NCBI GenBank assembly: GCA_965233585.1
Contig: CBDDTI010000229.1
Location: 1 to 18,448 of the forward strand
Direction of reading: 5' to 3'
Length of the DNA stretch: 18,448 nt
From: a bacterium
GTDB taxonomy: Bacteria > SAR324 > NAC60-12
In this document: one piece after another, positions 1-18,448 of the stretch
Position numbering within the stretch: the stretch's first letter is position 1
Layout of the letters: every line of letters begins with the position of its first letter
Notes under the pieces: generated by a model
Database searches by the model: none
What the model was told of the DNA's origin: nothing
What the model saw: the letters and a program-made list of their open reading frames with translations, nothing else
Made by a program: the position numbers and the translations under genes

Positions 1-35
1 AGAAACGGTATCCATTTACCTCAACAAGAATGAAA

Positions 36-378
36 GAAACAATAGTCTCCAATCAACGTGGAAATATTCTCGGATATTTGTCTTTGGACATTATCTGATC
101 CGAGAAGCGAACTGTTTCCCATTAACAGAGCTCGATAAAAACTGTGAGTTTTGAAGAACAGATAATGTTCAAGGACGAACATCCGAGAACATCTTCGCGC
201 CAAATGGAGGGTAAAGTGTTTATTATCTCTCAAATATCAGTTTTTCACAACATGCGAATATTTGGAAATTTTGGACTGAATGTCACTCAGATGTTCCCCA
301 GTTTTAGATGGAACATATTCAGTCACGTGGAGCGTTTAGCCCGAGAGCATGCCGGAGCGGAACTATTTGATGAATTAG
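36..378. repeat. Palindromic interspersed repeat (MITE-like) in PDE9A intron
   Basis: Internal inverted repeat 69..97 vs 159..187 (25/29 match); resembles a repeat I recognise from cnidarian genomes. Boundaries approximate. Confidence 0.6.
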
Positions 379-535
379 ATGAACAATCTTATAATCTTCT
401 TTTCATATTCGAACTTGGAATTACACACATGCAATGTTAAGCAAGAAACCGTCTTCGTCAGAATGAAGGTTGTGAAAATCACGTTTTTAATGAAACAAGT
501 TTTCGAGTTTGTTTTTACTCGCCGAGAATTCTTAC

Positions 536-606
536 CTTCCACTTTTCGTTCCAAGTGGGACAGTTGTTTGGAAAGTTCCGACTTCATTTGAGACACCGTA
601 AACGTA
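536..606 (-). CDS. PDE9A: PDE9A-like exon 6, 71 nt (TFTVSQMKSELSKQLSHLERKVE)
   Basis: Acceptor TTCTTTTTCATCCACAG at 607; donor GTAAGA at 535; phase 2 to 1; coiled-coil-like LERKVE (cf. LEKRVE). Confidence 0.88.
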
Positions 607-3600
607 CTGTGGATGAAAAAGAATTCATGAGAATAGACCGGATTTACTCGAAATAAGTCAAAGTCATGCATTGGTAGAAAATACGGCACATACGGCCACA
701 CCACAGAATGAGTAAATGCTGTAGGAAATCAGAAGCTCAGGAGTAATGGACTTCACTTTTTATCACTTTTTTCCTCTCTTGACAAATATTGTATTCAAAC
801 TCGACTTCTGTAACGCCTTCAATTAGTAATTCGTGTTTGTATGTCCTTAACACCTCCTGCCTAGATTAGCCCGCTATTTGCAGGCGGCGTTCATTGTAAG
901 TAATTTCTTGGAAGACTTAATATACTGGAAACTTGAAATTTGTCATATTCATCATCTTTTTGGTGCTACCACTCGCTATCGGTAGCGGGCAGAGACCAAT
1001 TTACACAATGAACATGTCAATTCAGTTTAAGCCGTACAATACATTTTAATAATCAAATAATAAAGCTGAAATCGTGTAAAGTAGTATGACCTGATAAACT
1101 TGTCAGCAACCTGGCTAAGCACGTTTGCGAAGACTTCCTCGTCTCCTGGAATGTGACATTAAATGATGCATAGTTACTGTTTAATATTTATATATCAAAT
1201 TTCTTCAGGGACGTTTCCAGACAAGACTTAAGCTGCAGGACCGTAAGCGTCCTGATTGGCTGATAAAAAAAATCACGTTTGCTCTGATTGGTTCCTTACA
1301 CTGAACTTGCTCTATATATAAATTAGCCAAATATTAAGCGCCGAAACTACATTCAATAAAACCAGTCCAACTTAAACCTTACCATGTCTTTGATTCATGG
1401 CACCGACGACGATCTTGTAAGGTGAACTGGAATATAAAACAGAGAGACTAGAAAGAGTATGTGGTGATGATATAAGATGGCTTCTACGACCAAAGGCACA
1501 CAGTTACGACTAGCAGTCTTTGCGAGTGCTACCTACTTCGTTGGAAAAAAGCTAGAATAATTAACATTGGAAGGTCCTTGGCTCGACTCTTGTGATGGAC
1601 ACAGATTTTTTTTGTTCTTTTTTTATTCTTTGTCCCACGTGCTTTCAGAACCCAACGTAAAGGTTGTTATGGTAACGGCTGCCCCTCATTCCATGGTATA
1701 AACTTATCTATTGTCGTCTGCCTGAGTAATCAAGAGACCATAGACTAACGGTAGATTGATAGGAAGGAGGTATTTACCATCTTTCCCTCGCTATTACTGC
1801 AGAAGGATTCTATATCGTCTTTGTTTGGAGGTTTGTGAGTACTGAGTCAAGTTTAATGCTCTTTGCATCTTTGTTAAAATCATTGCCTTCACAAGGATGG
1901 AGTTCCGGTTGCGCGGATATATATTATATAAGAGGAATTCACATACCGTGTTGTATTTGAAGGCAGATTTGGTTCAATACATACAGTGCTTCCGTCCTGG
2001 GCCTTTAACATCATGTTGGACCAGCTAGAATATTGTGGAATCTCGTTAATCCGATTATCAATAGGCTGTGACTGACTAAGCTTTTTTTGGACCATATAAT
2101 TAAGGCGGTGATCTACTGTGTCATATACAGCGGACAAACGATAGCAACATCTCAACGCAACATATCCCAACAATGCTGATCAAGCATTTGCAAGCTTCGG
2201 CCAAATGATTGCAACATTTCAACGCAACATATGGTAACATTGTTGGGCGCAGCATGTTGTACGCGTTTGGCCACCCTGTTGCGACATGCTGTGAGTTGAA
2301 AATCGAACTAGTGCGCATGCCTGGGCGCAACATTGGTGCACGAACCTGGCCAAACGACTACAACATCGTGCAACATCGAAAAATGTTCGATGAAAAACTT
2401 GACTATTCGGCCAACAACACCCAACACGTCGCAACAGGGTGGCCAAACGCACGCAAAATGTTGCACCAGGAGCCTGGTTGCACCTAACAATGCTGCATTG
2501 AAATGTTGCGGTAGTTTGGCCTGGGCTTAAAGTTGTCCCACACAAGCTTAAAAGCAAACCGGCGCGACAATGACGATTAGGATTTTGGATAGTGATAGCT
2601 TAGTGTTCCTTGATTGAGGTCAACAGTGTTTTAGGAAGGACAAGCATAAATACCCGTGTTTGTAAGGTTTTTCTTCTGTCATGATGAAATGCCCTTAGCG
2701 TCAATCAAACAACCGTTGGCCAGCATTACCCATCAAATCCTTCGATATTGTCGCGTACACTTTTACATGTTTGTAGCATAATCTTTCTTGAAACTGCTGT
2801 ATCTCCTTGTAAAATTGCGTGGGCGAAGTCTTTTGCAATCCTTCGTCGGAAATATAAATCGTATAAAAATCTTCAACAATTTTCGTAATTTTCGGAGACC
2901 GAGGGTTCCAATTCCTTCGGGGTAATTCTACTCTCGTTGTAAAACCGATTGATTGGAGAAACGCTACAAAATTTTTTGGAGACCAGTTCGTCAGCTTTCG
3001 GCCACGAGGTCGTGCGATGACGTAACAATCGAGCAACAAAGTTGCCATGTAACAACCGTTGCGAGGCAACCTGAACAAAACATTGCCCTTTGTGATGCAG
3101 CGTCCGCCTGCCCTGCCATCGACATTCTAACCGAAATTTCAAGATCTTTTGAGTAAATAGTAAACAAACCTGTGTTTCTGAAGCTGGCCAGCCAGTCTGT
3201 ATCGAAACAGAGGGCGATGTTGAACAAAATCTGATTTAGCAATGCGCGACAGACGATAAACTAAATAATGATAAAAAATGATTTGTAAAAATCACAAACT
3301 TACCGGCTCACACCAGCGGCAGAGGCAAGAAGGTCTTTGATATCTCGAGAACTACTGTGCTTTGAAAATACTACCTACATGTCCAAAACAACACAAAACG
3401 AAACTAAAAAATACACACGTAATTTATAAATGAAGAAATAAGTAAGTACAATATAAATCAATCTTCCATCTTGCAGCTTAGAAAATGACTGTAGGGTACA
3501 ACAGTCTATATCGTTCTCATTTCCAAAAACTTGGATTTGACGATTACCACATCGGTTTTGATAACTAAGTGGGACAAGTGTACCCCAAGTAGAAAACAGA

Positions 3601-4120
3601 ATTCGTCAAACTGAACATAAATTTGATTTGATCTTAACATGGGCAATTCATACCCTCCGTTGGAAGCGTCAGAAGGCGGTATTTTCCATCACGTCGAAAA
3701 AACGTGTAGGCCCTACACGTTTTTTCGACGTGATAAGTTCCTCTCTCTAAACACAGAAGGATGGTGAACAATATTACACACAACTCGTCATTACTGAACG
3801 TAAACGCGATCCTTCGCCTAGATGGTTAAAAAAACTGAATCAGTGAAACAAAAATATTTTACATACATTTACAATCTCAGTATTAATTCTCATCATTAAC
3901 CATGTCCGTGGTTGACAAAGAATTAGGACAGTTAGTTTAACAGTTATTGAATCTATTGAATTGGAGTACTATGCAACACAGAAAGAGAAAACAAACAGAG
4001 CGACAAAAACCTGCCCAACGACAATTGAAATTTCCCGATTACCTTATGCTTGCGTCCATCGACATCAAGGTAAATCGTCTTAAGGTTCCCCGAGGCTTTG
4101 CCTGAAACTCCGTTTCCCAT
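536..4120 (-). CDS. PDE9A: PDE9A-like cGMP-specific phosphodiesterase, 5' part (3'-partial): complement(join(536..606,1091..1145,1383..1426,1947..2024,3304..3374,4043..4120))
   Basis: Six GT-AG exons with matching phases (0,2,2,1,2,1) give MGNGVSGKASGNLKTIYLDVDGRKHK VVFSKHSSSRDIKDLLASAAGVSR WSNMMLKAQDGSTVCIEPNLPSNTTR SPYKIVVGAMNQRH GDEEVFANVLSQVADKFIS TFTVSQMKSELSKQLSHLERKVE. This is colinear with the PDE9A N-terminus as I recall it (KAIYLDIDGRIQK VIFSKY..SSDIMDL, VSIDPTMPANS, TPYKV, EELIQSVLAQVAEQF, ELKAEVANHLAVLEKRVE). The catalytic domain would lie left of the window. Confidence 0.9.
1091..1145 (-). CDS. PDE9A: PDE9A-like exon 5, 55 nt (GDEEVFANVLSQVADKFIS)
   Basis: Acceptor ATTCCAG at 1146; donor GTCATA at 1090 (weak); phase 1 to 2; resembles PDE9A EELIQSVLAQVAEQF. 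Confidence 0.85.
1383..1426 (-). CDS. PDE9A: PDE9A-like exon 4, 44 nt (SPYKIVVGAMNQRH)
   Basis: Acceptor TATTCCAG at 1427; donor GTAAGG at 1382; phase 2 to 1; PYK motif. Confidence 0.87.
1947..2024 (-). CDS. PDE9A: PDE9A-like exon 3, 78 nt (WSNMMLKAQDGSTVCIEPNLPSNTTR)
   Basis: Acceptor TTCTAG at 2025; donor GTATGT at 1946; phase 2 to 2. Confidence 0.88.
2123..2530. mobile_element. Non-autonomous DNA transposon (MITE) with GCAACA-rich internal repeats
   Basis: Degenerate terminal inverted repeats (left GGACAAACGATAGCAACATCTCAA; right reverse complement GGCCAAACTACCGCAACATTTCAA) and many GCAACA/TGTTGC units. Confidence 0.7.
3304..3374 (-). CDS. PDE9A: PDE9A-like exon 2, 71 nt (VVFSKHSSSRDIKDLLASAAGVSR)
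   Basis: T-rich tract plus TGTAG acceptor at 3375; donor GTAAGT at 3303; phase 0 to 2. Confidence 0.9.
3688..3734. repeat. 47-bp palindrome (23-bp perfect arms, 1-nt spacer)
   Basis: ATCACGTCGAAAAAACGTGTAGG-C-CCTACACGTTTTTTCGACGTGAT. Confidence 0.95.
4043..4120 (-). CDS. PDE9A: PDE9A-like coding exon 1 (MGNGVSGKASGNLKTIYLDVDGRKHK)
   Basis: gaacATGG start, MGxxxS myristoylation consensus, IYLDVDGR motif, donor GTAATC at 4042. Confidence 0.9.
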
Positions 4121-5404
4121 GTTCAAGGCCTTTTAATTTTCCGGGTGATCTATTCGCTCATCAACTGTTTTACTTATAGCAACATGATTTGGCCATGCGA
4201 CCAAAGAGCGCAATAATATTTGGTTGCTTCCACGGGAAAAGAAGAAAACCAAAGATGAAATGCCGACAAAAAATGAATATATTATCAAATTACATCCAAA
4301 GGCCTCTGACGTTGGTAAAGAAACCACACAAGAACTGAATGAAGGGTGATTTGCGTTCTTTCGTTGTTAGGTAGACAGGGTTGTTCAATTAGCCGTTTCT
4401 CCTCATAGTTTTGGTACAATGTGAGGTAAATAGGAGTGCTGAGAAAAATGAAGTTCACTAATCGAGCCACGGCATGCTATCGAAAGTGTTACGTGGCACT
4501 CAGTATGTAAGGAAGATATTTTCCGCTTTTCTTTCCTTGTAGTTTACAGGTGACAGACGTACAGACAAATTTTGACAGTAATTTAGCCAGTTGGTCAATT
4601 TTTAGCCCGACCTTGACGATTTGAAATTTAATGATCACAGTAAGATTTAACAATGATCAGTTGTAAGACAGGCAATGTTAACGCCGTGATTTGTGACGAA
4701 AATATCTGGTCACAATAGGCTTCGACCAGAAATATCCCTCCATTTAATTCAACAAACATTGAAGACTCCGGCGTTATCTTCTTAGCTGTCTCACAGCTGA
4801 GTTCACCGTTTTCGCGACCGCCGTTCACGCATGACCCAAGCAAGTCTATGTACGTCATTGTGTCGGGTCGAAACCATTTCACAATGTGGTTCTGTATGTA
4901 GTTCCTCGACGGAAACACACTATTGATTGAACAGAAATTTCGAGCTCGTAATTTAATAGTTAAATAAAAGCACGATTTAAAACTTATCAGCGCGCGAAAT
5001 TTTTAGGCTATTTTCTAATGAACTTATGTTTAACTGTAAATGAGCAATGAAAAACTATGATTTCCTCGTGGAATCTATGCTCTAGGGTCTAGGGTGTGAA
5101 CCAATGAAGTAGAAGGAAGCCTAAAGGAAGTGTTGAAAAGGAATACAACGCCAACAGCACTACTCAAACCAAGTGTCATTTGTGAGTTTAATCTGTCGAT
5201 AGCTTGATTTGTATAATGGAGTAATTATGGCAAAACGTAAGCTCTAACAATGTCTCCGAAATGGTTATCCAGATTGTCGGGAAGGAGCCAGGAGACACAC
5301 ACAAATGACTCGAAGGGAAAATGTCCCTTGGATTGGCCGCGTTCTTTCTACTCACAGCAACAAGTTAGCATTTGCAAGCGAGGCGAGTGCCAAGCACGTA
5401 GGAA

Positions 5405-5451
<47 letters not shown>

Positions 5452-5753
5452 CTTGTTACCTAGTTAAGTCTTCTTTTTTGTGCTCGCGTCCAGTTCTCTC
5501 GCTATTTTATCCGTGGATTCAACGTTCAAATAAAAATATCAGAAAATGGAGAGCTGTGAACAGTCTAGCGTGGCTGCCCCGATGGTGTAGTCGACACGAA
5601 GGCTCTCTTTCATTTCGGAGGCGTGTTTCGAAAGCCGCTTGACAATTTGTACTGTTATCAAAGGGTTCATTAAGGCAATTACGTATGAGGTTATGCGAAA
5701 ATCGCCCAAATGATCTGGCAACACACACGTTTGTTTCAATGGATATCAGTCTT

Positions 5754-14610
<8,857 letters not shown>

Positions 14611-14760
14611 GTTGGAAAAGACAACGGAGAGAGATCTGGGACTGTAGTGTATGTACGCTGTGTGGATAAATCGCGGGCACTTCTTGTCAAGCTAGTTTCG
14701 CTTCAAGTCATGTGCTTTTGTTATTAATAGTATTTCTTTCTTTTGGAAATTTCTGTTGGA
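14611..14760. promoter_or_regulatory. Putative PPOX 5' UTR/promoter, possibly bidirectional
   Basis: Positional inference (immediately upstream of the ATG); contains ACTACAGTCCCAG on the minus strand (14648..14636). Confidence 0.4.
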
Positions 14761-17255
14761 AGCTTTCAAAAATTCGCAATGTGAGGGATTATCCAAGCTC
14801 TGAAATGGTTAGCCTAAGTGGAGAGCATGGACAAGGGGTAAGTCGTTTGATTTTCTATGCTTAGAAGAAGTATAAACCTACTGTACATACACACACTAGT
14901 AGAGATACACATCACACCTCGTGCATGTTTTTTTGGTATTGTTCACGTTCGCTTTTTATCTTTGCATTGTACGGTCATATCTTTTTGGAAGTATTTCCCT
15001 CTTTTTTGACGTCAGATTTGAATGTGTTTCTACAGCTCAGGTGTCCCAAGCTCGCAAATGAGTTCCGCTCTATACACGAGTACTCAGGTTACGCAACAGT
15101 CGAAATATAAGTTAAGGATTTCGATTTGTCCGGGACTGAAACAGTCATCTTATTAAGCCTAAAAATTCGAAGCAGTATGAATAAAATAAAACCTGCGTTA
15201 CTTCAGGTATGTGTTTCCTTGTTTCCTGTGAGGTTTGTAGGTCTTCGGTTTTAATGGTTGACTGCGTTGACCTCTATACTATTCTTTCCCAAGATACGGC
15301 GGGTACACTGTACATGTAGGTTCTAGCTCTGAATAACCCCAGTCCACTGAAGGAAAACGGCTGTACAGCGGCTACCAAATTTTCCAACTGCCTTGAGATG
15401 CCACATACAAGTATAGTTACATGTACATATCATCTTGGGTAAAAGTCCTTCAGGTTCCTGTTTGTCATCTGAACTTCACCTACACTGATAAGGAATTACA
15501 GGACACTGGTTACAGCAAAGGAGGGTCGTACAGGGGTTTTCTCACGATACCTGATTAGCTGATTTTATTTGTCATGAAACATGAATTGAAGAAATTATTC
15601 TTCATGATCCGTGTCCTATCAGCTGTCGGCTGACAGTCAGCCAACAGACAGCTGACAGTCGAATGACAGTCAGTCAGCCAACAGGTTTTTCGGGGAGCTC
15701 ATCTTCACAATAACTCTATTCCACACTATTTTAAGACACGAGTCCTCCAGAAGATATGATGTTCTTTGGGCCATTACATCACTGAGGGGAATGAGTGGTT
15801 AGTGTCTTTCGAGAGGGATTTACATGTAGGTATGGGACTTGCAATATGGAGTCTTTACTTAGCCTTTCAAATGTTCTTTCTAGCATCAGAGCAGGGTTAT
15901 TAAAATAAGAACCTTTCTTGCTTATTTCGTGATCCAGAAAATGAGATATGATTTCTGTGATCTGTTTTTTGCAATTTTTTGTCTGTGAACTAATGTCAGA
16001 GACTCCCGTGTAAAAGATTTTGTTGAGGGCCACTGGTTGAGGCCTTATACAAATATCATGTTTTTGAAAGGTTCAAATTACCCACATTCAGGGTAGGTGA
16101 AAGTATACATGTACAAAGTTAAACTGATGATGTCATTGGGAGCAAATGTAGTTTTGCTCACCCCAACCATCAGTAATTTGTAGCTTTCAAGAAAGTGACA
16201 ACCTTTGGATTGCACCCCTCTAACATCCCTTACTGAAACATTTTGACAGAAATGGTAGCCATTAGTTCGGTGTCAGAGTTACACATGTAGTGAAGCCTTG
16301 TTTGAAGAACAGCTACATGTATGTGAAGGAAAACTGTTGTCTGCAATGTATGTTGAATTTTCAAATTCCGGCCATTTTCCTTGATTGGACTTGTTCAACG
16401 GGGGTCACCTGCAGTACCCAACCCTGGAAAAAACGCATTGAAGTTAAAAAACACGTAAACAGGCATAAATCAGCCAAGAAACCTCATGAGAAACAAAGAA
16501 ACACCTGAAGCAAGGTACACGTACATGTATTAGGCCATTTCTATTCATACATGTACTCCTTCATATTTGTTATGCTTGAGAGTGTAGCCGTTTTTCCCAT
16601 ACAAATATCACAAATCTTGTTATTTCCACTGTTTCATAACCTGAATACTACTGTACTGTGTATACAGGGATGCTCATTTACGTGCTTGGTTTACCTTTGG
16701 TGTTTCTGGAATTCTCAGCTCATGGTAGCAATTCATTTGAAAGTTCAGAGCCACACGTTTGCTGTTGTGACTTGGCTTAGATCCATGTCTCTAGAGAAGG
16801 AAATGGACTAGAAATTCTTCTACACTGTGCTATCACTCAAGAGCAGCTGCTGCCCCTTTGTTCCTTTGTTTATAATCCCCTGCTCCACGGTCATTCTTTG
16901 TAGTTATGCATGCAACAGATAGCAGCTGGGAATTGCATCCACAAGAGCTTTGTCTCTTTGTAGAAGTATTCTACAGTGTACATACATGAAGAGATGTCAA
17001 GTAGAGATTCTGCTTGCTCTTATCCAGGGCATCGTAAACTACATGTACTCTTTCACTAATGAACCAGGACAGACAGAGATCATCATTCATGTAGTGACAT
17101 GTCCATCACATTTTAATTAGACTGTAATTAAAAGGTTACTCGAAGTCTAGGTTCTTCCTTTTCAAAAATGTCTGACATAGACACAAACATACAAACACCT
17201 ATAAGACAGCTAGAGTGAAACATTTGTCTGCTAGAATTCCAAAAAAATGCATATT

Positions 17256-18448
17256 GGGTTGTTCCAGAAAAAATCCACGCACACCCCCCCCCCCCCCCCA
17301 ACAGATGGATTCTGGAAATTCTCGCAGGAGGGGGGGGGGGGGGGTCAAAGACCCTGGAAATCCAGGCAGGAGGGGGGGTTTAAACTACATGTAGAAAAAG
17401 TCTTCTACAGGGGTCATTTTGACCGATAGTTCATGCGATTCGAACATTTAGTTCGGTGACTCTTCAGCACTCTCAGACCCTGAAAATAGTAGAAATATTT
17501 GGTTCACATATTTCTCACCTAACATACACTGTAAAGACAATCTACAATGTGTAAGTTCCTTCGCAGGTCCTATTATAGCAGAAAACACGAACAACAAGAT
17601 ACCAAAGAATGTGCCATCGCAATTTTGTTGCAACGAAGCCACCATTGTGTAATTTCACGCAAGCCCAGTTGAAATCTCGGTTGCACTGGACGAATCTGAA
17701 AGCCTTCTTTAGCGGGTTTCATTGAATGTACAAGTTAAAATTTCATTTCGTGAATGGGAGCTGTTTTAAGTGCTTTTGTCTCGGCTGCGTTTTCTTCAGT
17801 ACACATTTTGTCTTTCCGGTTTACTAACAAAAGCCCAAAGACTTTTTAAAACCATGGCGGACTGACAAAGCTCTTCACAACACGAGTTTGAACTTTCCTT
17901 CCACTGAACAGGCTTTTGAAGGTAGGATATGTGAATCAAGCTATCCAGTCTTTAAGTCATAAAAGAATTTGAATGATAAGCAAGTTTAGACTTCCGTTTT
18001 TGGAAGGTTTTGATAAGAAGTTCTTGATCTTCAGTGGATGAGACTGACCTATGTCTTGAAAGGGAATGACTGCTGAACTCTTTTATCATATTCTCTACCG
18101 GTACTAATTGTATATACTTTAGGACCATATTTAGCACAAAGAAAGAAAAAGGGCAACTGATGTTTATGAACTAAGAATGTAGACACTTGTTCGCTTTTTC
18201 GCATTTTTGCTCCCTTCTTTTCTTAGTTCCACGCAATAGAATTTTTGATATAATTTTGCCGAAGCTTTAGAAATTAAAAAAGATAATCTTCTAGACGTGA
18301 TTGTGCATATTTTCTATTAAAAATATATTAAATTTAAGCCTAATAATTTTTCCTAGAAATCCAGGTGGGAGGGGGGGTCTTTTGTCTGGGAAATCCTGAC
18401 AGGAGGGGGAGTCTTGTGCTTCAGGAAATACAAGTGAGAGGGGGGGGG
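17256..18448. mobile_element. DNA-transposon-like element with G/C-run subterminal repeats, right end beyond the window
   Basis: Begins GGGTTGTTCCAGAAAAAATCCAC followed by a C run. Units like GAAATCCAGGCAGGAGGGGGGG occur near 17315-17380 and again at 18355-18448. Family not determined. Confidence 0.55.

Noticed and set aside
144..440. 98-aa + strand ORF
   Set aside because: Mostly within a palindromic repeat and antisense to a PDE9A intron; no recognisable motif.
2121..2557. Five overlapping Cys/Gln-rich ORFs
   Set aside because: By-product of the GCAACA/TGTTGC repeats of a MITE.
2701..3078. 125-aa minus-strand ORF in PDE9A intron 2
   Set aside because: No recognisable domain, and its frame would splice out of phase with exon 3 at the 2730 donor.
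16124..16235. Possible intronic snoRNA (TGATGA, hairpin CTGATG...CATCAG, distal CTGA)
   Set aside because: No convincing terminal stem, H/ACA boxes or recognisable rRNA guide; cannot be supported without a covariance-model search.

Overview
Eukaryotic (animal) genomic DNA, AT-rich with spliceosomal introns. The repeat families look like those of stony corals (my inference, not verified). There are two minus-strand protein genes in tandem. (1) A complete 5-exon protoporphyrinogen oxidase gene (PPOX, 14610->5754, 491 aa). (2) The 5' part of a PDE9A-like cGMP phosphodiesterase gene, built from six short exons of 44-78 nt (4120->536) that the ORF track largely misses; it runs off the left edge. 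Introns and flanks are dense with non-autonomous mobile elements: an AcademH-like element with a decayed RecQ-type helicase fragment and 9-10 bp TSD, Kolobok-like, piggyBac-like and hAT-like MITEs, two tRNA-related SINE-like repeats, and a truncated non-LTR insertion with a 16-bp TSD. Upstream of PPOX there are signs of a divergent spliced transcript and a dense cluster of TACATGTA palindromes resembling Tc1/mariner excision footprints. I see no convincing novel multi-gene system; the most interesting items are listed as findings. Exon coordinates were worked out by hand, and homology calls come from recalled sequences, not database searches.
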